A DNA stretch of 63,692 bases, filler included, from Barthelona sp. PAP020 (Eukaryota): NCBI GenBank assembly GCA_040182905.1. It is 30 parts of 30 records of this genome, joined end to end, with 100 filler letters (N's around TTAATTAATTAA, not from the genome) between each part and the next. Parts side by side here need not be neighbours in the genome. Positions count along the whole stretch, not along the records: positions 1 to 2,130 come from JARQWU010000865.1; positions 2,231 to 4,338 come from JARQWU010000866.1; positions 4,439 to 6,537 come from JARQWU010000867.1; positions 6,638 to 8,731 come from JARQWU010000868.1; positions 8,832 to 10,921 come from JARQWU010000869.1; 25 more parts are not named here. One strand, 5' to 3'. Position 1 is the first letter of the stretch. Every line of letters begins with the position of its first letter. The notes under the pieces were generated by a model. The model ran no database searches. It had not been told where the DNA came from and saw only the letters and a list, made by a program, of their open reading frames with translations. Positions 1 through 9,065 of the stretch are shown piece by piece. Made by a program: the position numbers and the translations under genes.

Positions 1-234
1 TCAGTTGATCAAATGGAAATTGAGGATTTAGAGGAAGAAAAAGAACCAGTATTCGATCTCAATGACTTACCCTTTGTTGTTGATGATGATATGGGTGATA
101 ATGATATCGATTTTGACAGTGAGGATGATGAGGATGAATACGAAACAGAAAGAATCCATTTGGAAAAAATAGAGCCTATCATTGAAATTGAATATGAAGA
201 CGATGATGGCAAGAAACAAGTTGAAACGAATTAG
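1..234 (+). CDS. 3' end of an acidic protein, partial
   Basis: Open frame from contig start to TAG, strongly D/E-rich. Confidence 0.55.
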   Translation, partial: SVDQMEIEDLEEEKEPVFDLNDLPFVVDDDMGDNDIDFDSEDDEDEYETERIHLEKIEPIIEIEYEDDDGKKQVETN

Positions 235-385
235 TCAATATATAAATTTAGTCTTTTTTTTTCTCCTCAAATATCCATCAATGTTTGGTTTTTTCATGTA
301 TTTATTATTAATAAAAGCATATAACATTAGAATAAAGATGTTTAAAGCCATTTTTTTCATTAATTTTTTTTTTTTGTATTTTCGT

Positions 386-1288
386 ATGAGTATCAATTTT
401 GAGTTGGAGATTTTTGACGAGTTAAATGATGAATATCGAAATAATTTGGCTGAACAAGACATTTTAAAATTTACAAGTCCATTAACAAATGAAAAACGAT
501 TTATTTTATTAAAAAAGTCCACATTAGAAGGTTGTACCATCGAATATTTATCAGAAATACCCATCGGGGAAATATTGTATACAGAAAATGGAACAAAAGT
601 TGAAAGAATAACTGAAGATATAATAAAAATTGGAAAATATGAAATTTCGATAAGTGATGATCAAGAAAATGTCAAATTAAGAGAAGAAATTATCAAAAAT
701 GTGAAATACGGTTTCAAAGTGTCTAAATATCTCACTGCTGAAGCTATTATTGAAACTATCGTTGGAACTAGCATATACGAAGGGCTTCCATTGTGTTCTG
801 TTGATTCTCCAAACAGCGGATCTATTATTTTTGATCTCAACGAATTAGATTTTGATCAGGAGTATTTTTGCCCCAATTATGATCTCTCAATTGTCAAATT
901 TAACAATGGTTTTTGTAATATAAATGGGGCTTTGGTTCCTTTATTATCTTCAATACCTCCTTTTTTCAATCAAACATTGAATAATTATCAAAATTTGAAG
1001 TCTATCGTGGAAAATATGGATGTGGGTCAAATACCATCCAACGTTTCTTCGGATATTGATGAAAACAAAAATGAAGATGTAAAGGCTGATAAAACACATG
1101 TTGAGATTAATGAACCACTAAACAAGATGAAAAAAGTGCAACAATGTGTGAGCGAACAGGTTATTATGACAAAAGGATTTGTTTTAGGTATTGTTTCTCA
1201 AAAGATGGAAGATGAACAAGTGCTAAATATGGTGAACACTGCTTTTGATAAGTTGCAATCTGACCTTAACAAGTTGTTGACCTTATAA
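386..1288 (+). CDS. Hypothetical protein (~300 aa)
   Basis: Long ORF; ATG at 386 follows a T-tract (upstream ORF part is T-rich non-coding); no recognised motif. Confidence 0.65.
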   Translation: MSINFELEIFDELNDEYRNNLAEQDILKFTSPLTNEKRFILLKKSTLEGCTIEYLSEIPIGEILYTENGTKVERITEDIIKIGKYEISISDDQENVKLREEIIKNVKYGFKVSKYLTAEAIIETIVGTSIYEGLPLCSVDSPNSGSIIFDLNELDFDQEYFCPNYDLSIVKFNNGFCNINGALVPLLSSIPPFFNQTLNNYQNLKSIVENMDVGQIPSNVSSDIDENKNEDVKADKTHVEINEPLNKMKKVQQCVSEQVIMTKGFVLGIVSQKMEDEQVLNMVNTAFDKLQSDLNKLLTL

Positions 1289-1361
1289 ATCTAGAATTCG
1301 TTTTTATTTTTGAAAGAAAAAAGTAAAGATTCCAGTGCAAAATTCCTTAAAACATCAGCAA

Positions 1362-1560
1362 TTAGTTTTCATCACCTTTGACTTCACTTAAGGTGTCATC
1401 CTTGTCATCAATGTATTGATTCATATTTTCCCGAATCCTTTCATTAATATCAACTAAGTCTCATCAATCAATTCGAAATCTCTCTGATTTGTAGATTCTA
1501 ACGCTTACCAATTGCCAAATTAAATAGGTATTTACTTTCATTTAAACAAGAAAAGATAAA
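1362..1560 (-). pseudogene. Decayed copy of the shared C-terminal domain (ankyrin-type variant)
   Basis: Reads LSFLV*MKVNTYLIWQLVSVRIY/NQRDFELID/*DLVDINERIRENMNQYIDDKDD, matching the end of the 21842-23415 protein, with stops and frameshifts. Confidence 0.8.
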
Positions 1561-1828
1561 AGTGGCATGAGACTTTGATTCAGAAGTGATATTAGCTTAT
1601 TTACAGAGAAAGCAAACCCAAAGAGTCGCTTCAGTAAATTTCAGCCAAAACTCAAAGGAATCCAGATTGAAATTCTATTGTGTGTGGATCCAGTTTGTAT
1701 CTTTGGAAAAAAACTTCATCTTTTAGTTGTTTTGGATTTGGTAAAAGAAGAATATTCAAAGTCAAAGTTATACCTTAGAAAAAATGAAAATTCACCCATA
1801 CACACAACACTTCTTGGGTTGGAAATAA

Positions 1829-2130
1829 TGTGGAAGTTCATGCTCAATAAACGGAATTTATTGGAGACATAAAGAGGTCATCAAATATCATTTCCTTTAT
1901 TTGTTGTTTTTTGACCACCTTTAGGTCCAATTCTTTAAGTTACTTGGGCATCTGAATCTACGTGAGTTTTTTCCAAACCTTAAACTAATTCGTTTCGCTG
2001 TTCACTGAACAACTCATAACTCATAAATATCTAATAATGTGGAAGTTCATGCTCAATGAACGGAATTTATTGGAGATATAAAGAGGTCATCAAATATCAC
2101 TCCCTTTATTTGTTGTTTCTTGACCATCTT
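1829..2130 (+). repeat. Repeat family A (~204 bp): one full copy (1829-2032) plus a tandem copy cut by the contig end (2038-2130)
   Basis: TGTGGAAGTTCATGCTCAAT...CTCATAAATATCT; further copies at 3537-3741(-), 20113-20316, 31928-31985, 38801-38897, 51146-51343. Confidence 0.92.
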
Positions 2131-2230
2131 NNNNNNNNNNNNNNNNNNNNNNNNNNNNNNNNNNNNNNNNNNNNTTAATTAATTAANNNNNNNNNNNNNN
2201 NNNNNNNNNNNNNNNNNNNNNNNNNNNNNN
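2131..2230. other. Artificial contig spacer (first of 29 identical ones)
   Basis: 44 N + TTAATTAATTAA (stops in all six frames) + 44 N, recurring every ~2.1 kb; ORFs are truncated at each one. Confidence 0.98.
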
Positions 2231-3088
2231 ATGATCATTCGTGATTTTTGAGCAAATATTGTTTAATTGCTGTTGTTGACGAGTTTCACAAACCATCACC
2301 AATTCTTTTGTCGCCTTTTCGCTTCTTAAAGTTTCATTAAGTTGTCCAACACAGTTGACACAAATATTTTGTGCCCAAAGACGGTGTTCAAAATAGCGTT
2401 GATATAATAATGGATTATCTTCAAATTCAGAAAGCTTTGAAGGACTTCTGGTGGAAGGATAATGAATAAGCAAACCATGTCCATAGCATGAAAGGTCGAA
2501 ATGTGAAATACAACCAGTTGATGGACACAAAGGACATGTCCAAAGAGAAGAATACCCCAAGCAAGTATTAACAAACACACGTGCATCGTTAGAGGATCTA
2601 ATTAGCTCATATGTATTGGATTGATCTTGGAAGTATTTGAGAGCATCTTCATAAGATAAAACAGAACGTAAAATGGGAGCGTCTAAATCAACAATACGTT
2701 GAATTTCTTTTTTAAGAAGTTCAACATCTTCTTTTGGAATGGAATTCATTCCATGGAAATAGAATAAAAGTGAATGACCCATAGTATGAGAAACAACCAA
2801 ACGTCTTTCAGGGAAGATATTAGCGGCAGCCATACATAACAAAAATGTGGTAGTACGACGATAAACATAACTTCCATCATGACTATCACCATAAATGGGG
2901 ACGATTTTGGAATTAACATCAAGTCTATCATGTAAAGATAACATCTCATTGTTAACGTGAACAGCTAACATGGGTAATTCAGTTTCAGTGAATTCATCAA
3001 CATTCAAGACTTCAGACAAAATAACACCTGAAGGATATACTAATTGTTCACCACTTGGATAAGTAACAGTGATTAAACTAGATTGCAT
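2231..3088 (-). CDS. Bacterial-type uridine/nucleoside kinase with N-terminal TGS/ThrRS-like region, 3' partial (kinase domain beyond the contig end)
   Basis: AVHVNNEMLSL and YRRTTTFLLCMAAANIFPERRLVVSHTMG resemble the ThrRS-N-fused uridine kinases of anaerobic bacteria. Confidence 0.75.
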
Positions 3089-3536
3089 ATTAAATAAAAA
3101 AAATAAGAGGTCAAATTTGTTGATTTTGGAAAGAAAAAGAATGAATGATTTTAATTAAATTTGTGAAATTTCTGGGAATTCAGAAGTTATCTGAAGAACT
3201 CAACTCAATACAAATAATATTTATATGAATAATAAGTGATTTAATCATTTTTTAAAAAATTCAAAAAGAAAAAGAAAAATTTAAACATTTCAATTTTGAA
3301 GAAACACAAAAAACTAAATTTTATCTCTTTAGATATTAAATTTCAACATGATCAAAGAAATTATTTTAAAACCAAATTTCTCATATTTTTTTTGTTGTGT
3401 ATTAAATTCATTTAGTGAAAAACTAGTGTTCTTTTGTTGTAAAATTTTATTATCTTTTTAGTGTTCATATCATTTCAAAGAAAAAATGAAATGGGGTTGA
3501 AAATTTGTTTAAATATTCCTAATTCTATGTTTTATT

Positions 3537-3741
3537 AGATATTTATGAGGTATGAGTTGTTCAGTGAACAACGAAACTAGCTAGCTTAAGGTTTGGGAAA
3601 AACTCACGTGGATTCAGATGCCCAAGTAACTTAAAAAATTGGACCTAAAGGTGGTCAAGAAACAACAAAATAAAGGGAGTGATATTTGATGACCTCTTTA
3701 TATCTCCAATAAATTCCGTTCATTGAGCATGAACTTCCACA
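3537..3741 (-). repeat. Repeat family A, full copy
   Basis: Reverse complement of 1829-2032. Confidence 0.92.
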
Positions 3742-4085
3742 TTAATAAGATTATTCAAAAAAACAAAAATAAGGAATTTTGTTTGTTTGTTGCTTTCAGA
3801 TTCAAACCATTTTTTTCAAATAATGATGATATTAATTTTTAAGCAATTAATAACACACCTGCACTGTTTATTTTTAAATTGGATTTTGCTTAACTTTTAA
3901 TAAACCATTTGACTGATCCAAAGGGAATAAAAAACAATAAATATTGAAAAACCTAAAGATTTTTTTTGTTGTCTTTCGTTCATACAAAATTATTGTCTGT
4001 TGAACTCTTAAATAATGAAATAAAGAATTGCCTGGTCACAGAACTTCAAACTTTCATTACAATTTCTATTTTTTCCTTTTTCAGT

Positions 4086-4157
4086 TCTTTCGTAGTGTAG
4101 TGGTCATCATTCAAGCCTGTCACGCTTGGGACCGGGGTTCGATTCCCCGCGAGAGAG
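4086..4157 (+). tRNA. tRNA-Asp(GTC)
   Basis: Acceptor TCTTTCG/CGAGAGA, anticodon arm CAAGC-CTGTCAC-GCTTG, T-loop GGTTCGATTCC, T-run shortly after. Confidence 0.96.
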
Positions 4158-4184
4158 AGTTTTGCATAGTCTTCTAAAGGAAGA

Positions 4185-4194
4185 AGGATCGAGT
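4185..4194 (+). promoter_or_regulatory. B-box-like motif AGGATCGAGT downstream of tRNA
   Basis: Identical 10-mer 23-27 nt after all four tRNA genes (also 17266-17275, 42921-42930, 51672-51681 on -); function inferred. Confidence 0.7.
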
Positions 4195-4244
4195 CTTGCA
4201 AATGGACAATTTCACGTTGGACGAAAGGGCAAAATTAAAGGCTT

Positions 4245-4338
4245 TAATTTCACGTTAGGTACAAGAAAAGGTATACGAAAGCTTTTATATACGGTGTGTT
4301 ATTGAAATGAGTAGTTGGGAAAGCCTTGAATTTGAATC
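4245..4338 (+). repeat. tRNA 3'-flank repeat (H3)
   Basis: TAATTTCACGTTAGGTAC...GAATTTGAATC identical to 17317-17410 after tRNA-Ser. Confidence 0.9.
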
Positions 4339-4438
4339 NNNNNNNNNNNNNNNNNNNNNNNNNNNNNNNNNNNNNNNNNNNNTTAATTAATTAANNNNNN
4401 NNNNNNNNNNNNNNNNNNNNNNNNNNNNNNNNNNNNNN

Positions 4439-4962
4439 ATGTATTGGATCATATTTAACAATCAGAAGTGCAAGAATAGAACCTAGAACATGTTTATTTT
4501 GTCTTTTGGGTGAAATCCGTCCGCTTTGCTACGAACACTTCACTCGACTTCACACGACAATAATAATAAATGTTTATAAAGATCTTTACTGTTCTCGGTT
4601 AGAGTTTGGGGGTACTTGCAACTGAGTCGTTTTGCGTGGATGGTTCAGAACACTCTTAAAGAAAAAAAGAAATGCTTCCAGTTCAGATAGGGCGGGTATT
4701 TAAAGAAAAGTGTAACACTTTCCTTTAGCCCCTTTATTCACTTTAAATATCTCCAGTTATGTTCTCTTTGTAGGACTTTGATAGTCTTTGTTGACCTAAT
4801 TTATTTACTTGTATCCATAATCTTTGAATTCTTACGATTAAGTTTAATATTACTTGAGCTTTTCAATTTTGATACCCATTAATATCAGAAATTGCAAGAA
4901 GAAACCATAAACACATTTATATTGTGTTTTGCGTGAAATCCGTCCGCTTTGCTGCGAACACT
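4439..4962 (+). repeat. Composite dispersed repeat, modules E-F-G-E
   Basis: E (...GTGAAATCCGTCCGCTTT) at 4440-4540, 4862-4962, 26385-26480, 61779-61877; F (CACACGACAATAATAAT...GGTTCAGAACACTCTT) at 4550-4660, 43038-43145 and (3' part) 26145-26190. Confidence 0.85.
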
Positions 4963-5026
4963 TCTTCATCAAGAAACATGAGTTAAACATTTCAACTAGC
5001 AAATGATAAGCTTAATTGAATGATAT

Positions 5027-6241
5027 TCACACACTGCAATCATCATCATTGTTTTCATTCATTTGTATACCCACAAAACTGTACATATTACCCCCTTTAG
5101 CCTCATTAAAGTCAATTAAATCCCAACAAAGATCAACTATCATGTCAAACTCCTCTCTATTCATGCAAATACCTGCAGCTACCAATTGTCTAATGATCTG
5201 AGTGTCGACTTTCATCGCAATTAGATTGGACAGCACGTGACCACCATCCTTTGATAATTCAATTATTTTGGAATGATGGGAAGAGTCACATTGAGAAACT
5301 ATTGAAAACATCCTTATTGTATTATTGGGACATTTTCCACATACTAACCATCTCATGTTGGGAGATATTGCAAAGGATAAGAAATTGGATCCATCACATC
5401 CACAGCAAATCCTTTGAATCTCCTGAAAATTTTCCATACTGTATAATGTCAAATAACCATCACCAGACATAACACCCAAAACAACAGGAGATAAAAAATG
5501 AAGGTCTCCCACTTGACCTTCCATAATAAATGTGTGCAGAAGTGTCAAACTGTCAGTGTTCCACAGTCTTACTTTGTTTGACTTATCGCCAATCGCAATT
5601 ATTCCCATAGTTGGATGGCATTCAATAGCTTTAACATAATCGTCATGATTGATTGTAAAAACAGAGAAATTTTGGGAATCAATCAAACCAACAGTTTTAT
5701 CTCCATCAGCAATTAAAAAATACTTATTGTCATATGAAATATTCAATTTCCAAATCAAATAATGAATTGTTCTTTCCCAAACAATATTGCTTTTTTCAAT
5801 ATCCCACTTCTTGAGGGTTCTATTGGCATCACTAAAATATATATATTTGGAGCAATGAGAAAAACAAATCGCACAAATATAAGTGTCATTCTTTATCCGA
5901 TCCAAAACAGAGAAATTTCGAAGGCTATAAACAGATAGAGAATTATCATCAGAAGATGTTGCTAATTTTTGTCTGTCCTTGGAAAATGCTGTGCTTATAA
6001 CCCAGTCAGAACTATTCCTATTTTTCAAAGTGCGACTAAGTCTTTTAGTTTTAATGTCAAACACATAAACATTGCTTCCATCATTAACCACTACCTTTTT
6101 ACCATCCATTGAATATCCACAATCAAACATATAATCAGAACACATTCCTCCAATTTGTCTGACATTGCTTTCATCAATTTTAAAAGAAAGCATGGCAAAA
6201 ATAGTTTTCTTCATTAATTCATTATTTGACTCCACATACAT
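5027..6241 (-). CDS. WD40-repeat protein with shared CWDL..GGNM C-terminal domain
   Basis: WD40 blades (ATSSDDNSLSVY, DKSNKVRLWN); full-length paralog of 9473-10672 and 33403-34611. Confidence 0.92.
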   Translation of the reverse strand: MYVESNNELMKKTIFAMLSFKIDESNVRQIGGMCSDYMFDCGYSMDGKKVVVNDGSNVYVFDIKTKRLSRTLKNRNSSDWVISTAFSKDRQKLATSSDDNSLSVYSLRNFSVLDRIKNDTYICAICFSHCSKYIYFSDANRTLKKWDIEKSNIVWERTIHYLIWKLNISYDNKYFLIADGDKTVGLIDSQNFSVFTINHDDYVKAIECHPTMGIIAIGDKSNKVRLWNTDSLTLLHTFIMEGQVGDLHFLSPVVLGVMSGDGYLTLYSMENFQEIQRICCGCDGSNFLSFAISPNMRWLVCGKCPNNTIRMFSIVSQCDSSHHSKIIELSKDGGHVLSNLIAMKVDTQIIRQLVAAGICMNREEFDMIVDLCWDLIDFNEAKGGNMYSFVGIQMNENNDDDCSV

Positions 6242-6637
6242 ATACTCAAGAAAAAAACAATGATCATTTAATCATATGTTTGTTGCAATTTTTCAATCAT
6301 TTGTATGATTGAAAATACAAATTAATTTATTTGCATCTTTCAACACACCAAACTGATTCACTTCACTTTTGTTAACAAAATTTTTTTATTTGATTTTTCA
6401 ATTCAATGGATAACACATTGCTTTTATTGATTTAATTTGTTTCACTTAATAAGATTTTTCAAGAAAACTAATTTATCAAATTTTTCTTTTTGAAAATAAC
6501 TCCAAACAAAGCTTTGATCTTCGAAGTTAATTACTCGNNNNNNNNNNNNNNNNNNNNNNNNNNNNNNNNNNNNNNNNNNNNTTAATTAATTAANNNNNNN
6601 NNNNNNNNNNNNNNNNNNNNNNNNNNNNNNNNNNNNN

Positions 6638-6831
6638 CGTTTGTAGGAATTATCAAAGTCTTCATCTTGTCCACGAACATGACCAGCATAATGTACACTG
6701 ATTGTATCACCTATTCTTGCCTTTCTTTCACAATCTGGCACTTTTTTCAATAAACCAATTTTTAGTTTTTCATTTTCACACATACAGAATGATAAACAAA
6801 TCAAACAAAGACATATGAACTTTAAATTCAT
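6638..6831 (-). CDS. FKBP-type PPIase with signal peptide (FKBP2/FKBP13-like), 3' partial
   Basis: Signal peptide then LKIGLLKKVPDCERKARIGDTISVHYAG...FDNSY. Confidence 0.85.
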
Positions 6832-6905
6832 TGTGTTGATTATCTTGAACAGAAAAAAAAAAAATATATAAATAAAGACTTTTACAAACACTTTTTTTGA
6901 TGTTT

Positions 6906-8057
6906 TTAAATAAACAACGCAGAGGTGTCGAAAGTATAATCATCCGTATTTAATTCTGTTGCTGATTTGTCAACAACCAAATCACTTTCTGAGGCATCAA
7001 ACAAATCACCAGATCCAAATGATGAATCAGGTAACCCAAATTCTTCTTCAGCAAAGTTAAATGAAGGAGCGTTATCAGAAAAAGTAGAACTATCAAGGTC
7101 AGAATGAAACGGTAGACCTGAATTGACAGTCAAAAATTCGGTTTCAGTAGTAACATTATCCCCATTTGTGATATTTGCTTTTTGATTTTGATTTTTGTTG
7201 TTATTTTTTTTTCTTTCTTTCTTGTGAGTCTTATCTGTGTATTGAATATGCGCTAACTTTGGATTTTTAGCTTTCTTTTGAATATGCTGAACACGAATGG
7301 AATTTCCATCTAAAATAAATTCGTTCTTTTCAGCAATAGCACGTGCCAATATTTCTTCCGAATCTTCTTCATCTTTAAATGAAAACTCAACAAATCCAAA
7401 ACCTAATCCTGAATTGCTGGAGGAACTTACAACGGAAACTCTTGAAATTGTTGCGTATTCAGAAAAAATACTTTCAAGGGAACTCTCTGTTGTACTGAGA
7501 TTCATTCCACCGATAAATAATGTGTTTCTTCTTAAAATAGAAAGCCTGGATTTCCGCGACCACTGTACTTTAAATGAGCTGTTACTACTCTGTGAAAACC
7601 AAAGAAATGCCTCATTAGCATCTTCTCGATATTTAAAAGTTACAAATGCAAAACCAGAAGTCTCATTATTTTTGATTGAAACATGTTCAAGAGGACCAAA
7701 TGCCGAAAAAGCACTACTTATCTCATCAAGTGTTTTGTTTTCAATATTTCCCACAAAAAATGTTGTATTTATATTTGCAAATTCCAATCGAAGTGCACAC
7801 TCCGGATTAAATTGATGAAAATCTACAATCGAAACAACAGCTTGTGCATCTGCAGGATTTTCGAATTGAATAAAACAGTACACATTATTCTCTTTGTCCT
7901 TTTTTCGTTTAACATCTAATATTGGTCCAGCCCTTTGAAAATGTAAACGAATTTGTTCTGTTGTTGTAGCATTCGGAAATCCTATTGCAAAAATACATGC
8001 TGCTGGTAAACCTCGCTTTTCCTGAACATCTTCTAAAAAACTGGTGATCTGTGACAT
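6906..8057 (-). CDS. RNA-binding protein with three RRMs and a low-complexity tail
   Basis: RNP motifs VYCFIQF, FFVGNI/SGFAFVTF, LFIGGM/GFGFVEF. Confidence 0.9.
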   Translation of the reverse strand: MSQITSFLEDVQEKRGLPAACIFAIGFPNATTTEQIRLHFQRAGPILDVKRKKDKENNVYCFIQFENPADAQAVVSIVDFHQFNPECALRLEFANINTTFFVGNIENKTLDEISSAFSAFGPLEHVSIKNNETSGFAFVTFKYREDANEAFLWFSQSSNSSFKVQWSRKSRLSILRRNTLFIGGMNLSTTESSLESIFSEYATISRVSVVSSSSNSGLGFGFVEFSFKDEEDSEEILARAIAEKNEFILDGNSIRVQHIQKKAKNPKLAHIQYTDKTHKKERKKNNNKNQNQKANITNGDNVTTETEFLTVNSGLPFHSDLDSSTFSDNAPSFNFAEEEFGLPDSSFGSGDLFDASESDLVVDKSATELNTDDYTFDTSALFI

Positions 8058-8427
8058 CAAAAATGAAATGAGAATAATTATTTCTTTATTTTTCAATGTC
8101 ATGGTTGAATAATGATAACATTCTTCTTGAACCTACAATTTTTCAATAAAGAATGATTCATTTATGAGATTTCCGAAAAACCGTTTGTTGATGGTGATCT
8201 TGAATTGATTACAAATCATCCCCTGACATTTCAAATATTTTTATTGATTAAATGATTCGCATATCAATAATTCTTTGATAAACTGTTAGTTCTCAAAATT
8301 TATATGTCATTTTTAAGGATTTTTTGATTTGATAAATTTTCACTTTCACTTTTCAAACTGAGCACATTTTGGTGTTTTAAATTCCCTTTAAATGTAAACT
8401 TTGTTCAAATTCTTTATTTTTTTTGTT

Positions 8428-8731
8428 ATGTCAAACTTTGTTACTATTCTTTTGAGTGATAACAAAACTGTTCAAATAGACAAAGAACAAGCCTGTATAT
8501 CCCGATATATTGCAAGACAAATTGAAAAAAATGGTAGTCAAATAGAATTACCTTTTATCAATGTAAAATCTTTTGAAAAAGTCATAAAAGCACTTGAATT
8601 TGACCATTTCATTACCAAAAGAAAAAGTGATCATGATTTTATTTTTGATGCTGAATTAATTCAGTTTATGGGTGATTTCACCAATGTAACAACATCAGAA
8701 TTAATAGAATTAATAGATATTGCGAGTCAAT
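8428..8731 (+). CDS. Divergent Skp1-family (BTB/POZ) protein, 3' partial
   Basis: VTILLSDNKTVQI...ISRYI...IELPFINVKSFEKVI...LIELIDIAS. Confidence 0.75.
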
Positions 8732-8831
8732 NNNNNNNNNNNNNNNNNNNNNNNNNNNNNNNNNNNNNNNNNNNNTTAATTAATTAANNNNNNNNNNNNN
8801 NNNNNNNNNNNNNNNNNNNNNNNNNNNNNNN

Positions 8832-9065
8832 CATAGACAAAGTTTCCAATATTGGAAGTGATCAGTAACAATCGTTTTGGCGGTAAAGTGAAAAGGAGTT
8901 ACATAAGTTTTATTTTCTGCTCTATGCAGCAAGCCCCCACATTCTAAGATTACGTATTTTTTTTTTTTTTAAAAAAAGAAGACTACCCTTCGACATCAAT
9001 TACGCTCAAGACAAGTTCGATCACCCCAATAAAATCCCAAGCTCTCAGAAACAAAGTCTATAAAC
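8832..9065 (+). repeat. Repeat family C (diverged)
   Basis: AAGTTTCCAxTATTGGAAGTGA...AATCGTTTTGGCGGTAAAG...CCCTTCGACATCAATTACGCTCAAGACAA; copies at 14075-14300 and 15021-15155. Confidence 0.85.

Noticed and set aside
2131..2230. Regularly spaced TTAATTAATTAA as a CRISPR-like or biological repeat
   Set aside because: Always embedded in fixed N-runs; it is an artificial six-frame-stop contig linker
5027..5270. Calling the shared C-terminal domain a SOCS box or F-box
   Set aside because: No BC-box (LxxxCxxxI/V) with LPxP and no LPxE motif visible; only the architecture is analogous
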